A DNA stretch of 64,000 nt from an uncultured virus (IMG/VR IMGVR_UViG_3300034082_000804) (taxonomy: Duplodnaviria; Heunggongvirae; Uroviricota; Caudoviricetes): the IMG/VR virus record IMGVR_UViG_3300034082_000804, positions 1 to 64,000 of that record. The stretch is one strand, 5' to 3'. The position numbers and the translations under genes are program-made. Each line of letters begins with the position of its first letter. Within the stretch, counting starts at the first letter, position 1. The notes beneath the pieces are model-generated. The model did no database searches. It was given only the letters and a program-made list of their open reading frames with translations, and was not told the DNA's origin. This document shows, in pieces, positions 45,709 to 55,996 of this stretch.

Positions 45709-46379
45709 TGATAGTACGCAGTATATTAGTACATCCAAATCAACAGAGCCTCAACGGTGAATTGTTTAAAATGGCCAATGCTAGATTCGCTGAGTTGGGC
45801 TATACAGTTGAAACTTTAGATCTACATGCCAGCAAGGATGCTATTACTGAATCTTCTGAAATCTTGTATAAAACACCGAGACCAGATTCAGAGCGTAAAT
45901 ATAGATCAGTGTACAGTAATAATTATGGCAATGCTCGACAAGCAGGATTGCTAGGTGACTTTTCTAAAAATGAACTAGAAATGTTACAAAAAGCAGATCT
46001 GGTGTATGTTCAAACGCCTATATATGTTTGGTCAATACCTGCTATACTAAAGCTGTATATTGAAACTGTTTTTATAGATGATTATGTGTTTACTGTAACC
46101 GATGCCGGTGGAGATAAATTTCATATCGAGCCGCATTTAAAAGGTAAGCAAGTAGTGTTTAGTTTTACCACTGGTGGCCTGCCTAGTATGGCAACACAGG
46201 TATTAGGCAGCCCCGAAGCGTTAGTACAACCAGTCAAACCTATATTTGAATTTGTAGGATTTGAATGGTTACCCCACCATGTAACATGGGGAACATCAAA
46301 GTCACTCGATAAGTGTGACGAATATTTTAATCAATTTGGGGAGTATCTAAACAATACTTTTCCGTTAACTGGAAGATAA
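45708..46379 (+). CDS. Flavodoxin-fold NAD(P)H:quinone oxidoreductase-like protein
   Basis: [28 protein letters not shown]. Confidence 0.8.
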   Translation: MIVRSILVHPNQQSLNGELFKMANARFAELGYTVETLDLHASKDAITESSEILYKTPRPDSERKYRSVYSNNYGNARQAGLLGDFSKNELEMLQKADLVYVQTPIYVWSIPAILKLYIETVFIDDYVFTVTDAGGDKFHIEPHLKGKQVVFSFTTGGLPSMATQVLGSPEALVQPVKPIFEFVGFEWLPHHVTWGTSKSLDKCDEYFNQFGEYLNNTFPLTGR

Positions 46380-46380
46380 T

Positions 46381-47667
46381 ATGGATTATAAAATCAAAGA
46401 CATTGGACTTGCGGCGTGGGGTCATAAAGAAATAGCCATTGCTGAAACGGAAATGCCGGGCCTAATGGCAGTACGTGAAGAATACAAAGAATCACAACCA
46501 CTTAAAGGCGCTCGCATCGCAGGGTCACTACACATGACTATTCAAACTGCGGTACTTGTACAGACTCTGATCGCGCTAGGAGCAACAGTGCGTTGGAGTA
46601 GTTGTAATATTTTTAGTACACAAGACCATGCCGCGGCTGCCTTAGCTGACCTGGGTATTCCTGTGTTTGCTTGGAAAGGTGAAACAGAGGAAGAATACTG
46701 GGATTGTATTCAACGCACCCTACATGGTCCAGATGGTTGGACACCTAATATGCTATTAGATGATGGACATGATCTAACCTATTATATACACAAACACCAC
46801 CCGGGCCTATTAGGTAATATCCGTGGAGTGACAGAAGAAACCACAACTGGTATACACAAAATTAACGAAGCAATTGCCAAAGGTCAATTCCACCTGCGTG
46901 CTATTAACGTTAACGACTCAGTGACTAAAACTAAGTTTGATAATCTATACGGTTGTCGTGAAAGCCTAGTTGATGCTGTTAAACGTGCTACAGATGTTAT
47001 GATTGCTGGTAAGATTGCTGTGGTAGCAGGCTATGGCGATGTAGGCAAAGGTTCAGCCGCTAGTCTACGTGCTCTGTCAGCTCAAGTTTGGGTAACTGAA
47101 GTAGATCCAATCTGCGCCTTACAGGCCGCAATGGAAGGTTACAAGGTTGTTACCATGGACTATGCCGCAGACAAAGCAGACATCTTTGTAACAGCCACAG
47201 GTAACATCAATGTTATCACACACGATCATATGACGGCTATGAAGAACAACGCTATTGTATGTAACATTGGTCACTTTGACAGCGAGATTGATATTGCTAG
47301 TATTGCTGGTTACGAGTGGGATGAAATCAAACCACAGGTAGATCATGTGACCATGCCAAGTGGTCGTAAGATTATTGTTCTAGCTAAGGGACGACTAGTA
47401 AACTTAGGTTGCGGTACAGGACATCCTAGCTTTGTTATGTCAAACAGCTTTACCAATCAAGTGCTAGCACAGATTGAAATGTTCCAAAACTGGGAAGACT
47501 ACAATACTGGTAGTATTCATTTGTTGCCTAAACACCTAGATGAAAAAGTAGCTAAACTACACCTAGCACAAATTGGTGCGCAACTAACAGAGTTGTCAAC
47601 GGATCAAGCTAACTACATTGGCGTTAGAGTAGAAGGTCCATATAAAGCAGAAACATATAGGTACTAA
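46381..47667 (+). CDS. ahcY: S-adenosylhomocysteine hydrolase
   Basis: [49 protein letters not shown]. Confidence 0.97.
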   Translation: MDYKIKDIGLAAWGHKEIAIAETEMPGLMAVREEYKESQPLKGARIAGSLHMTIQTAVLVQTLIALGATVRWSSCNIFSTQDHAAAALADLGIPVFAWKGETEEEYWDCIQRTLHGPDGWTPNMLLDDGHDLTYYIHKHHPGLLGNIRGVTEETTTGIHKINEAIAKGQFHLRAINVNDSVTKTKFDNLYGCRESLVDAVKRATDVMIAGKIAVVAGYGDVGKGSAASLRALSAQVWVTEVDPICALQAAMEGYKVVTMDYAADKADIFVTATGNINVITHDHMTAMKNNAIVCNIGHFDSEIDIASIAGYEWDEIKPQVDHVTMPSGRKIIVLAKGRLVNLGCGTGHPSFVMSNSFTNQVLAQIEMFQNWEDYNTGSIHLLPKHLDEKVAKLHLAQIGAQLTELSTDQANYIGVRVEGPYKAETYRY

Positions 47668-47671
47668 GATT

Positions 47672-48769
47672 ATGAAAATAACTAAAATCCCAGGGTTAGG
47701 TAGATTTGGAGTTATCATTGATGACTTAGATCTTAATAACATTACCAACGAAGAGTGGTTAGCTATTGGCCAGCAACATTTACAGAACCTTGTAACTGTT
47801 TTTAGAAAAGCCAATATAACCAAAGAGCGTCAAATTGAACTGACAAACATGTTAGGTGCTCAACGTTTTGGTACTAAAAATTACTTTATCAACAAGTATA
47901 AACAACCATGGGATCTTATTATTGCCTTGGCATTGGAAGATGACAAGTCAATTGATAGTTTAGATCGTACAGTGATACGTAGCTGTATTAGTGCGCAAGA
48001 GCACACAGATACAGGCTACGATATTACACGAGTACAGGGTGGATATGATGCCAACGGCAATCCATTGGGTATGTTTGCTGAAGGTGAATTGTTGTGGCAC
48101 AGTAACGAAAGTGGTACATTAACGTTTACTCCAGGTGTTAGTTTACTAGCGGCCAAAAACGTAGTAGGCAGTGCCACAGGATTCCTGACCACAACTGACT
48201 ATTACGAATCAGTGCCGGATAGTTTTCGCCGTGAGTTAGATGAAATGATAGTCCTACATAGATTTACTCCGGGTAAGATCTGCCCTGGACTAAACAAAAA
48301 ACAAGACATCATTATGAATCTTAACATGTGCCCATATGATGATACAGAAATTCCAATGATCATGACTAGCCCAGGCGGAGTCAAAGGTCTACACTATAGT
48401 GTTAACACAGTGTGGAGTATCAAAGGCATGACCAAGAAAGAAAGTGATAAAGTCTTTGCTCGTATTAACAAAGAATTATTTGTACCTGAGTACACCTACG
48501 ATCATTGGTATGAAAACGAAGGCGATTGGTTATTATTTGATAACTCAATTACACAGCACAGACGTTTGGGTAATATTAAAGATCGTTTATGCTATCGTAT
48601 ACAGCATGACTACACTAATATTCAAAATGGTGTTTGGTATCCTTACGCACAGAAAGATATTCAACGTAGATATGAGCAAGAAATACGTAGATTTATCAAA
48701 GCAACAGGACATAAAGATTTTAAACTACCACCACGTAGGCTCGCTGACTTTATTCCTTTTTTTAAATAA
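47672..48769 (+). CDS. TauD/TfdA-family Fe(II)/2-oxoglutarate dioxygenase
   Basis: WHSNE, GDWLLFDNSITQHRR. Confidence 0.75.
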   Translation: MKITKIPGLGRFGVIIDDLDLNNITNEEWLAIGQQHLQNLVTVFRKANITKERQIELTNMLGAQRFGTKNYFINKYKQPWDLIIALALEDDKSIDSLDRTVIRSCISAQEHTDTGYDITRVQGGYDANGNPLGMFAEGELLWHSNESGTLTFTPGVSLLAAKNVVGSATGFLTTTDYYESVPDSFRRELDEMIVLHRFTPGKICPGLNKKQDIIMNLNMCPYDDTEIPMIMTSPGGVKGLHYSVNTVWSIKGMTKKESDKVFARINKELFVPEYTYDHWYENEGDWLLFDNSITQHRRLGNIKDRLCYRIQHDYTNIQNGVWYPYAQKDIQRRYEQEIRRFIKATGHKDFKLPPRRLADFIPFFK

Positions 48770-48772
48770 CTA

Positions 48773-49306
48773 ATGCTTAATCAGTTGATATCTTTTTTTA
48801 AATCTAAAGAAAGTTATAGAACTCTACTAATGTTTGGGTCAGTTACTGACAGTGCCGCGGCAGAAATTACTGTCGACGGCACTATTGTACATTCTGGACC
48901 ACTGACATCTGGTCTATTATTTAAATTTGTAACAAATGTAAAGGTACATGGAACTGTAGACGTTAATATTAAATTAATCTATGGGTCATTTACTATTAAT
49001 AATATTAGAGCCAGATACCCGGCACTAATTAATAATAGTTACCGAGGCTATATAGACTTTCCACAACCAATTAGTCAACCCATTATTGATCACACACTAC
49101 CACTAGTAGTCAATGATACTATATCATACAAACATTTTATGTATAATGGACCTAAGCAATGGTTAACAAATTCAAAATCAAACCAGCGTGTTGTAGTAAT
49201 AGAAGATTATTACACAGCGGCCAAAACAGGCGTCATTAAAACAGATTGGCAGTACTACTACAAGACTATTAATATAGAAGAATTAGATAATATAAATCTA
49301 CACTAA
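48773..49306 (+). CDS. Hypothetical protein
   Basis: 177-aa ORF. Confidence 0.55.
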   Translation: MLNQLISFFKSKESYRTLLMFGSVTDSAAAEITVDGTIVHSGPLTSGLLFKFVTNVKVHGTVDVNIKLIYGSFTINNIRARYPALINNSYRGYIDFPQPISQPIIDHTLPLVVNDTISYKHFMYNGPKQWLTNSKSNQRVVVIEDYYTAAKTGVIKTDWQYYYKTINIEELDNINLH

Positions 49307-49445
49307 CTAATTTGCTCAAAAAGCTGTTAAAACCCCGCTAGATCATTATATAATATTTTATTGCTAGTATCAGCCATATAAATAAAACTGTGGCTTATAC
49401 GCACCCATGTGGCATAAAAGCAACAATTAACAAAGAGGAAACACA

Positions 49446-50657
49446 ATGAAGAAATTATTATTAGCAACACTATTAGCAAGTATGTACTCTACAGCTAACG
49501 CTGGCATTCAAATCCCAGCAGGTGACTGGACATTAGACATTGGTGGCGTGGTAAACGCTTACTATACTAATACACGCGGTACAGGTGATGTAGTAGTTGG
49601 TGGCCTTGGTGGTCCTAACAGCACAGGCCAACGTAATGAATCAAATATTACAACTGGTTTATTACCAAACGTATTATCAGTTTCTGGTAAATCACGTCAA
49701 AATGATTTAGACATCGGTTTTACTATCGCAATTAATCCAGGCGCTTCAACTACAGCGGCTGGTGATCAAGGCGCTAACCAAGAAAATCGTCAAGCATTTT
49801 TAACCATTGGTGACAAATCATGGGGTAGCGTAAAACTAGGTAAAGACCTAGGCATTTTCGCTAGTGATGCTATCTTAAATGATATGACATTGTTGGGTGT
49901 AGGTTCTGGTGCTGGCGCACTAGCTGGTAACACAACAACATTGGGTCGTATTGGTACTGGCTTCATGTACGCTGATTGGAAATCACAAATTGCTTACACA
50001 TCACCAAACTTTAATGGCTTTAGCTTTACGGCTGGTGTAACACAAGCATGGAATGCTCAAACAGCTGACCTAAGTGCTGTGACTGCGGGTGTACAAGCTG
50101 CTTCAGCAACTTCAACAGGCCGTGGCGGTGCTCAACCAGCATTTGAAGGTAAACTATCATACTCATTAGAAGGTCCTATCGCTGCTAAAGTATGGTCAAG
50201 TGCTATTTCACAAAAAGTTGAAGGTGTAACTGGCTCTGCAGCAGATGACCGCGCTTATGCTTGGGACGTTGGTACAAACTTGGCTGCTGGCCCATATGGT
50301 TTAACTGCTTACTACTTTGATGGTAAAGGTATTGGCCGTACACTACAATTAGCTGATGGTTTTGATACTACTGGTCGCCGTCGTGATTCAAACGGCGGAT
50401 ACGTTCAAGGTACATACACATTGCCTACAGCTACTAAACTTGGCGTAAGCTGGGGTCAAAGTAAACTAGATCGTAATAGTGGTGAAACAGCTACCGCATT
50501 AGTTTCGAAAAACGAAATGTGGACAGTTGGTGCTTATCACCCACTTACAAAACACGTTAATCTAGTTGCTGAATACTCAGACGTTAAATCAGAAGCACAA
50601 AATGGTGCTGAAGGTAAATCACGTTCAGTATCAGCAGGTGCTATCTTATTCTTCTAA
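49446..50657 (+). CDS. Gram-negative outer-membrane porin
   Basis: Signal peptide, NRQAF...WGSVKLGK, YTSPNFNGF, C-terminal Phe. Confidence 0.85.
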   Translation: MKKLLLATLLASMYSTANAGIQIPAGDWTLDIGGVVNAYYTNTRGTGDVVVGGLGGPNSTGQRNESNITTGLLPNVLSVSGKSRQNDLDIGFTIAINPGASTTAAGDQGANQENRQAFLTIGDKSWGSVKLGKDLGIFASDAILNDMTLLGVGSGAGALAGNTTTLGRIGTGFMYADWKSQIAYTSPNFNGFSFTAGVTQAWNAQTADLSAVTAGVQAASATSTGRGGAQPAFEGKLSYSLEGPIAAKVWSSAISQKVEGVTGSAADDRAYAWDVGTNLAAGPYGLTAYYFDGKGIGRTLQLADGFDTTGRRRDSNGGYVQGTYTLPTATKLGVSWGQSKLDRNSGETATALVSKNEMWTVGAYHPLTKHVNLVAEYSDVKSEAQNGAEGKSRSVSAGAILFF

Positions 50658-50681
50658 GATTTACTTCTTAGTTTAATAATT

Positions 50682-50708
50682 AAAAAGCCCCTTAACTGGG
50701 GCTTTTTT
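50682..50708 (+). terminator. Intrinsic terminator
   Basis: AAAAAGCCCC-6 nt-GGGGC followed by a T-tract. Confidence 0.85.
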
Positions 50709-50712
50709 ACGG

Positions 50713-50752
50713 CTGTAATAAAAATTTAATCTGTTTGTAACACTACTGTAAT
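50713..50752 (+). promoter_or_regulatory. Putative Pho box (four half-sites)
   Basis: CTGTAAT, ATTTAAT, TTGTAAC, CTGTAAT at exactly 11-bp period. Confidence 0.65.
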
Positions 50753-50790
50753 CTTTGTGTGTTTAAATAATATATATAAGGGGAATATTA

Positions 50791-52218
50791 ATGACCATAC
50801 AAAAGATTAAATCAATAATGTATTATGTAGTGATAGCACTAGCAGTATCAGTTGCAGGATTAAAGCAAGCGCATGCCGACAGCACTAGCGACATTGTTAA
50901 CGCACTAGTTATGAAGGGTGTACTTACAGAAGAAGAAGGCGCACTTATAACCAAAGGACACAGCGGAGAAAAAGTAGCTGCTAAAAAAGAAAAAGACACT
51001 ACTGTACATGCGGCTAGTAAAATGAACATTCGTGGCTATTTACAAGTGCGCAATACTACTATGCTTAGTGGTGACGAAGGAGTCAACCTTTGGTCAGATC
51101 GATCTGTAGGTAATAAAAACTCTCTTGCTGATCAAGACAAAAACTTTCTTATCCGTCGAGCACGTGTGATCATTTCTGGTTCAGCTGGTGATCGTTTAGA
51201 TTACTATATTCAACCCGACTTTGCTAGTACAGCAGGTACCACAGGTAACGTTGCTCAACTACGTGATGCTTACGGTGACGTGAATCTAACCAAAGACAAA
51301 GTACATCGTGTACGTGTAGGCCAAAGTAAAGTACCATATGGCTTTGAGAATTTACAATCTTCACAAAATCGGTTAGCACTTGATCGTGCTGACGCATTTA
51401 ATAGTGCGGTGCGTGATGAACGTGATTTAGGTGCGTTCTACTACTACACACCTGATAATATACAAAAGCTGTTTAAAGAAATACAAGATGCAGGATTAAA
51501 ACATTCAGGAAACTACGGTATGTTTGGCATTGGTGTGTATAACGGTCAAGGTGCTAACCAACAAGATCGTAATGATAATTACCACACAGTAGCACGTCTT
51601 ACTTACCCATGGAAAACAGAAAGCGGCCAAATATACGAAGCTGGTGTACAAGGTTATACAGGCAAGTATGTAAGAACAGGTAGTGCGTATAGAAGAAATA
51701 TGGGCAACAACGTTTACGCAACTAAAACACCAACATTAGAACCAGGCAACACCACTGGATTCAAAGACGAACGTATGGGTGTAAGTTTTATGATGTACCC
51801 ACAACCGTTTGGTCTACAAGGTGAGTGGAACTGGGGCAAAACTCCTGGCTTAGATACTACTGCTAGTACTGATGGTATTATTAAAGAAACTAACTTGAAC
51901 GGTGGCTACATTCAAACTATGTATAAAATTGATCACTTCAAAGTTGGCGATACTGATGGTACACTAATTCCATTTGTTAGATGGCAATACTTTGATGGTG
52001 CGTCAAAAGCAGAAACTAACTCACCGATGAATAAAGTTAACGACTGGGAAGCAGGTGCTGAATGGCAAATTGCGCCAGAAGTTGAACTTGTGGCTTACTA
52101 TCATCATATGAATCGTAGCAATTTAGTAACTGGAGCATCGTCTACTACAATAGTAAAACAAGACTATGCTAACTTTAAAGCAGACGCTTTACGTGTTCAA
52201 CTACAGTATAACTTTTAG
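50791..52218 (+). CDS. Phosphate-selective porin, OprO/OprP-like
   Basis: Signal peptide, IRRARV, LRDAY, GQSKVPYGFENLQSS, RDLG, C-terminal QYNF. Confidence 0.8.
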   Translation: MTIQKIKSIMYYVVIALAVSVAGLKQAHADSTSDIVNALVMKGVLTEEEGALITKGHSGEKVAAKKEKDTTVHAASKMNIRGYLQVRNTTMLSGDEGVNLWSDRSVGNKNSLADQDKNFLIRRARVIISGSAGDRLDYYIQPDFASTAGTTGNVAQLRDAYGDVNLTKDKVHRVRVGQSKVPYGFENLQSSQNRLALDRADAFNSAVRDERDLGAFYYYTPDNIQKLFKEIQDAGLKHSGNYGMFGIGVYNGQGANQQDRNDNYHTVARLTYPWKTESGQIYEAGVQGYTGKYVRTGSAYRRNMGNNVYATKTPTLEPGNTTGFKDERMGVSFMMYPQPFGLQGEWNWGKTPGLDTTASTDGIIKETNLNGGYIQTMYKIDHFKVGDTDGTLIPFVRWQYFDGASKAETNSPMNKVNDWEAGAEWQIAPEVELVAYYHHMNRSNLVTGASSTTIVKQDYANFKADALRVQLQYNF

Positions 52219-52226
52219 GGAAAACT

Positions 52227-52316
52227 ATGTTTGAGATTTTTATAGAAGCAATAACAGATATTAGTAGTGTGTTATTGGTATTGGCGGCCATTGGCGTATG
52301 GTCACTAGTCCCTTAA
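52227..52316 (+). CDS. Small hydrophobic peptide (29 aa)
   Basis: MFEIFIEAITDISSVLLVLAAIGVWSLVP*; AGGGA SD; not in the track. Confidence 0.4.
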   Translation: MFEIFIEAITDISSVLLVLAAIGVWSLVP

Positions 52317-53062
52317 TTAGATATAAAACAATCTGTATATCGGACTTTCATCTTGGGACTAAAGATGCTAAAGCTGAATTGCTGAATAACTTTCTCAAAC
52401 ATCACACCTGTGATAATCTATTCCTAATAGGTGACATCATTGACGGGTGGAAAATCCAACAGAACAAATGGGCTTGGAAACAAGCGCATACTAATGTTAT
52501 TCGACGAATATTAGGTTACAGTAAACGAGGATGTAATGTAACTTATGTGACAGGTAACCATGACGAATTCCTCCGTCCTCTGGTACAACATCATTTTAGT
52601 CTAGGTAGAATACGTATCGTTAATCAAGCAGAGTATCGCAGTGTTGATGGAGAATTATTCCTAATCACCCACGGTGATATGTTTGATGGTATTACTAGAC
52701 TAGCACCGTGGATTGGATTCTTGGGCGACAAAGCCTATGATGTAGCTTTATGGTTTAACAACTATTTTAACTTTGCTAGACAACGATTAGGCTTTGGCTA
52801 CTGGAGTTTGAGCAAGTATCTCAAACATAAAGTTAAAAAAGCCATTGACTTTGTGTTTAAGTTTGAAACTAACCTAACTGACTATGCGGCTAAACGTGGA
52901 TATGATGGTGTAATCTGCGGACACATACACACACCAGAAATCAAACACATGCCTAATGGTATGATCTATATGAATGATGGGGACTGGGTAGAAAGCTGTA
53001 GTGCTCTAGTTGAGCATGATGACGGACGATGGACAATAGTCTATTGGAATCATATAATCTAA
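52298..53062 (+). CDS. Calcineurin-like metallophosphoesterase (LpxH/PlcP-like)
   Basis: SDFHLG, GDIIDGW, GNHD, HGD, CGHIH, NDGDWVES. Confidence 0.85.
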   Translation: MVTSPLIRYKTICISDFHLGTKDAKAELLNNFLKHHTCDNLFLIGDIIDGWKIQQNKWAWKQAHTNVIRRILGYSKRGCNVTYVTGNHDEFLRPLVQHHFSLGRIRIVNQAEYRSVDGELFLITHGDMFDGITRLAPWIGFLGDKAYDVALWFNNYFNFARQRLGFGYWSLSKYLKHKVKKAIDFVFKFETNLTDYAAKRGYDGVICGHIHTPEIKHMPNGMIYMNDGDWVESCSALVEHDDGRWTIVYWNHII

Positions 53063-53235
53063 TGAGTTGGATACTATTGATACTAGTAGTAAACACAACT
53101 GACCCAAAAGATATACCGGGCAAGGTTACGCTTGAATTTGCTAATGAAACACAGTGCGAAGAGGCTAAACAATCATTGACCTATTGGTTAAAATTTGATA
53201 CATTCAAAATACAAGCACAATGTTTAAAAAAATAA
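53062..53235 (+). CDS. Hypothetical protein
   Basis: MSWILLILVV...; start moved to ATG 53062, overlapping the upstream stop. Confidence 0.5.
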   Translation: MSWILLILVVNTTDPKDIPGKVTLEFANETQCEEAKQSLTYWLKFDTFKIQAQCLKK

Positions 53236-53250
53236 CATGTATATCTATCC

Positions 53251-53277
53251 AAAAAGGCATCTTTTGGTGCCTTTTTT
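53251..53277 (+). terminator. Intrinsic terminator
   Basis: AAAAAGGCATC-TTTT-GGTGCC followed by a T-tract. Confidence 0.8.
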
Positions 53278-53353
53278 CTTGACTATTGAGTCTGTTTATG
53301 TTACTATTGTAGAGTTAACACTCGTATTAAAACTTATATAAGGAAACACAAAC

Positions 53354-53509
53354 ATGTTTGATTCAATTGAAATTCGTAAAGTAACAAATGGTTTTATTGT
53401 AATTCTTAACACAGAAGATGACGCTAACGAATATGTGTTCGACACTAGTCGTAAAGCAATTAAATTCATCAAAGAATACGTTGAAGCTAAAGTAACACAA
53501 CCAGCATAA
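53354..53509 (+). CDS. Hypothetical protein (51 aa)
   Basis: MFDSIEIRKVTNGFIV...; TAAGGA SD; promoter TTGACT-17-TACTAT at 53279-53307; not in the track. Confidence 0.65.
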   Translation: MFDSIEIRKVTNGFIVILNTEDDANEYVFDTSRKAIKFIKEYVEAKVTQPA

Positions 53510-53577
53510 TTTTTGCCTCGAAACAGGCTAAAATAAATACATTATAGCAAGAAATTCAACGAAAAGTGGAGAAATCA

Positions 53578-54606
53578 ATGTCAAAAACCGTTCTTGTAAC
53601 TGGTGGAGCAGGCTTTATTGCGCATCACGTTATTGAAAACCTATTAAGAAATACCGATTGGAATATTGTTAGTTTAGATCGTCTAGACTTTAGTGGTAAC
53701 CTAAACCGCTTGAGTGATATGATGGCAAACTTTGATCAGGAAACACGTAAGCGTGTTAAGGTTGTATTCCATGACCTACGTGCTGAATTAAACCCAATGG
53801 TGGCTCGTGACATTGGAGATGTAAACTATGTACTACATTTAGCCGCAGGATCACATGTTGATCGCTCAATTGAGTTCCCAATGGAGTTTGTTTGGGACAA
53901 CGTAGTTGGCACAGGCCACATCTTAGAGTTTGCTCGCAAACTACCTAACCTAGAACGCTTTATCTACTTCTCAACAGATGAAGTATTTGGTCCAGCACCT
54001 AATGGTGTTAACTATGGTGAGCGTGATCGTTACAACTCAAGCAATCCATACTCAGCTACCAAAGCTGGTGGTGAAGAGCTAGCTGTAGCGTTTGAAAATA
54101 CCTACAAGATGCCTATCTACATTACGCATACAATGAACGTGTTTGGCCAACGTCAACACCCAGAGAAGTTTATTCCTATGTGTATTCGTAAGGTAAACGA
54201 TGGCGACGCTATTACTATCCACAGTGACAGCACACGTACAATCCCTGGTAGTCGTTTCTATATTCATGCGGCAGACGTAGCTGATGCTATGTTTTTCTTG
54301 TTAGGCTTAGACCCAAGCAAACTAGAAGCAGACTACGGTGATGCTAAATGTCCTAAGTTTAACTTAGTAGGTAAACAAGAAATCAACAATCTACAATTAG
54401 CACAGATCATTGCTGATGCTCAGGGCAAAGAACTTAAGTATGAAATGGTAGACTTCCATAGCAGTCGTCCGGGGCATGATTTACGTTATGCTCTAAGCGG
54501 TGACTATATGCGTAAGTTAGGTTGGGAACCTAAGGTTAGCCTAACTGATCGTATTGGTGAAGTAGTACAATGGACTTTAGATAACGAGAGATGGTTACGA
54601 TGCTAA
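53578..54606 (+). CDS. dTDP-glucose 4,6-dehydratase-like NAD-dependent epimerase/dehydratase
   Basis: TGGAGFI, HLAAGSHVDRSI, STDEVFG, PYSATKA, RPGHDLRYA. Confidence 0.9.
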   Translation: MSKTVLVTGGAGFIAHHVIENLLRNTDWNIVSLDRLDFSGNLNRLSDMMANFDQETRKRVKVVFHDLRAELNPMVARDIGDVNYVLHLAAGSHVDRSIEFPMEFVWDNVVGTGHILEFARKLPNLERFIYFSTDEVFGPAPNGVNYGERDRYNSSNPYSATKAGGEELAVAFENTYKMPIYITHTMNVFGQRQHPEKFIPMCIRKVNDGDAITIHSDSTRTIPGSRFYIHAADVADAMFFLLGLDPSKLEADYGDAKCPKFNLVGKQEINNLQLAQIIADAQGKELKYEMVDFHSSRPGHDLRYALSGDYMRKLGWEPKVSLTDRIGEVVQWTLDNERWLRC

Positions 54607-55262
54607 TAGATATTTTTAAAAATCTTGACCGTCATTGCGGCAAGTGGAGTCACTACTTTGACATCTACGAGCAACACTTTAGCAAGTTTGTAGGTAAGAA
54701 GCCTGTGGTAGTTGAAGTTGGTATTTGCCGTGGTGGCAGTGCCGAAATGTGGCAGAAGTATTTTGGTGAAGGTGCTACTATCATTGGTATTGACATTGAT
54801 CCTAATGCTTTCAAACCAGAACACCAAACACCGGGTTGTATACAGGTAAATGGTAACCAAGCAGATCCAGCGTTTTGGGATGAGTTCCTAAAAGAACATC
54901 CACAAATTGATGTGTTCTTAGATGACGGTAGTCATGTTTGCCCACATCAAATCCTTACCCTACAAAAGGTATGGCCTGCTATTACACAAGGCGGTGTGTA
55001 CATGTGTGAAGATACACACACCAACTACTGGCCAGAATACGGCGGCGGACTTAAAAATCCTAGCACATTCCTACAGTATGCTAAAATGGTATCCGATACT
55101 ATGAATAGTAGCTATTACAAAGGTATGGACCAACATCCAGACAATATGATGTTTGCTGACTTCTACAAAGATCTAGTAGGCATGCACTTCTATGACAGCG
55201 TAGTAGTAATGGATAAAAACGTTAAACAACCAATCACTAACCTATTGAGTACACCAGTATGA
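54591..55262 (+). CDS. Class I SAM-dependent methyltransferase
   Basis: KWSHYF, EVGICRGGS, LDDGSH, GGVYMCED. Confidence 0.8.
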   Translation: MVTMLIDIFKNLDRHCGKWSHYFDIYEQHFSKFVGKKPVVVEVGICRGGSAEMWQKYFGEGATIIGIDIDPNAFKPEHQTPGCIQVNGNQADPAFWDEFLKEHPQIDVFLDDGSHVCPHQILTLQKVWPAITQGGVYMCEDTHTNYWPEYGGGLKNPSTFLQYAKMVSDTMNSSYYKGMDQHPDNMMFADFYKDLVGMHFYDSVVVMDKNVKQPITNLLSTPV

Positions 55263-55996
55263 AAAACATAGTCCTTTTAACTTCAGCAGTATATAGCAAC
55301 TACGGCATTTACACAGCAGAGCAACGTATCCAGCAGACATTGGACACAGCCAAAAGTGCTAAAGAACGTATCCCAGGTGCGGTTATTATTTTAATTGACA
55401 ACAGCAAAGTTGACGTACAAAATGATGACAGCGCAGAGTTTAATGAATTAATTGACCTAGTTGATTACTACATTGACAACAGCGATGACGCAGATATCAA
55501 ACACTTCCACGAAAATGTCAGCAATTACGACATTGGTAAAAACTCTATGGAAGCGTTGGGTATTATCAAAGCATTGAACTACATCAAAACTGATGAAGAC
55601 ATGCTGAAAGAAGTCAACAGTGCTGGCCGCATTTTTAAACTCAGTGGTAGATATATAGTCAATGATAAGTTTGATATTAAACATTTTGACAATGCCAAGA
55701 CCAAAGACAAGTATGTGTTTAAGAAACGTCAAGCTAGTTGGATTCCACAAACTGACACTGGTGTAGACTATCTACTACAGACTCGTTTATATAGTTTCAC
55801 TCCTGGCCTACTTGATGAGACCATTGAGCTGTTCCAAAAGATCATTGAGAATATGTTTGCCACATTCAATCAACAAAAATATATTGATGTTGAACACAGC
55901 ATGGCTAAATTTATTCCAGCAGACAAATTAGTTGAATTGGACGTTGTTGGCCTACAAGGCAACATTGCTCCAAATGGCATGATGATCATCGACTAA
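55259..55996 (+). CDS. Hypothetical protein, glycan-related
   Basis: FKLSGRY motif; sugar operon context. Confidence 0.55.
   Translation: MKNIVLLTSAVYSNYGIYTAEQRIQQTLDTAKSAKERIPGAVIILIDNSKVDVQNDDSAEFNELIDLVDYYIDNSDDADIKHFHENVSNYDIGKNSMEALGIIKALNYIKTDEDMLKEVNSAGRIFKLSGRYIVNDKFDIKHFDNAKTKDKYVFKKRQASWIPQTDTGVDYLLQTRLYSFTPGLLDETIELFQKIIENMFATFNQQKYIDVEHSMAKFIPADKLVELDVVGLQGNIAPNGMMIID

Noticed and set aside
46340..46381. SAH riboswitch before ahcY
   Set aside because: There is no intergenic space; the upstream gene ends at 46379.
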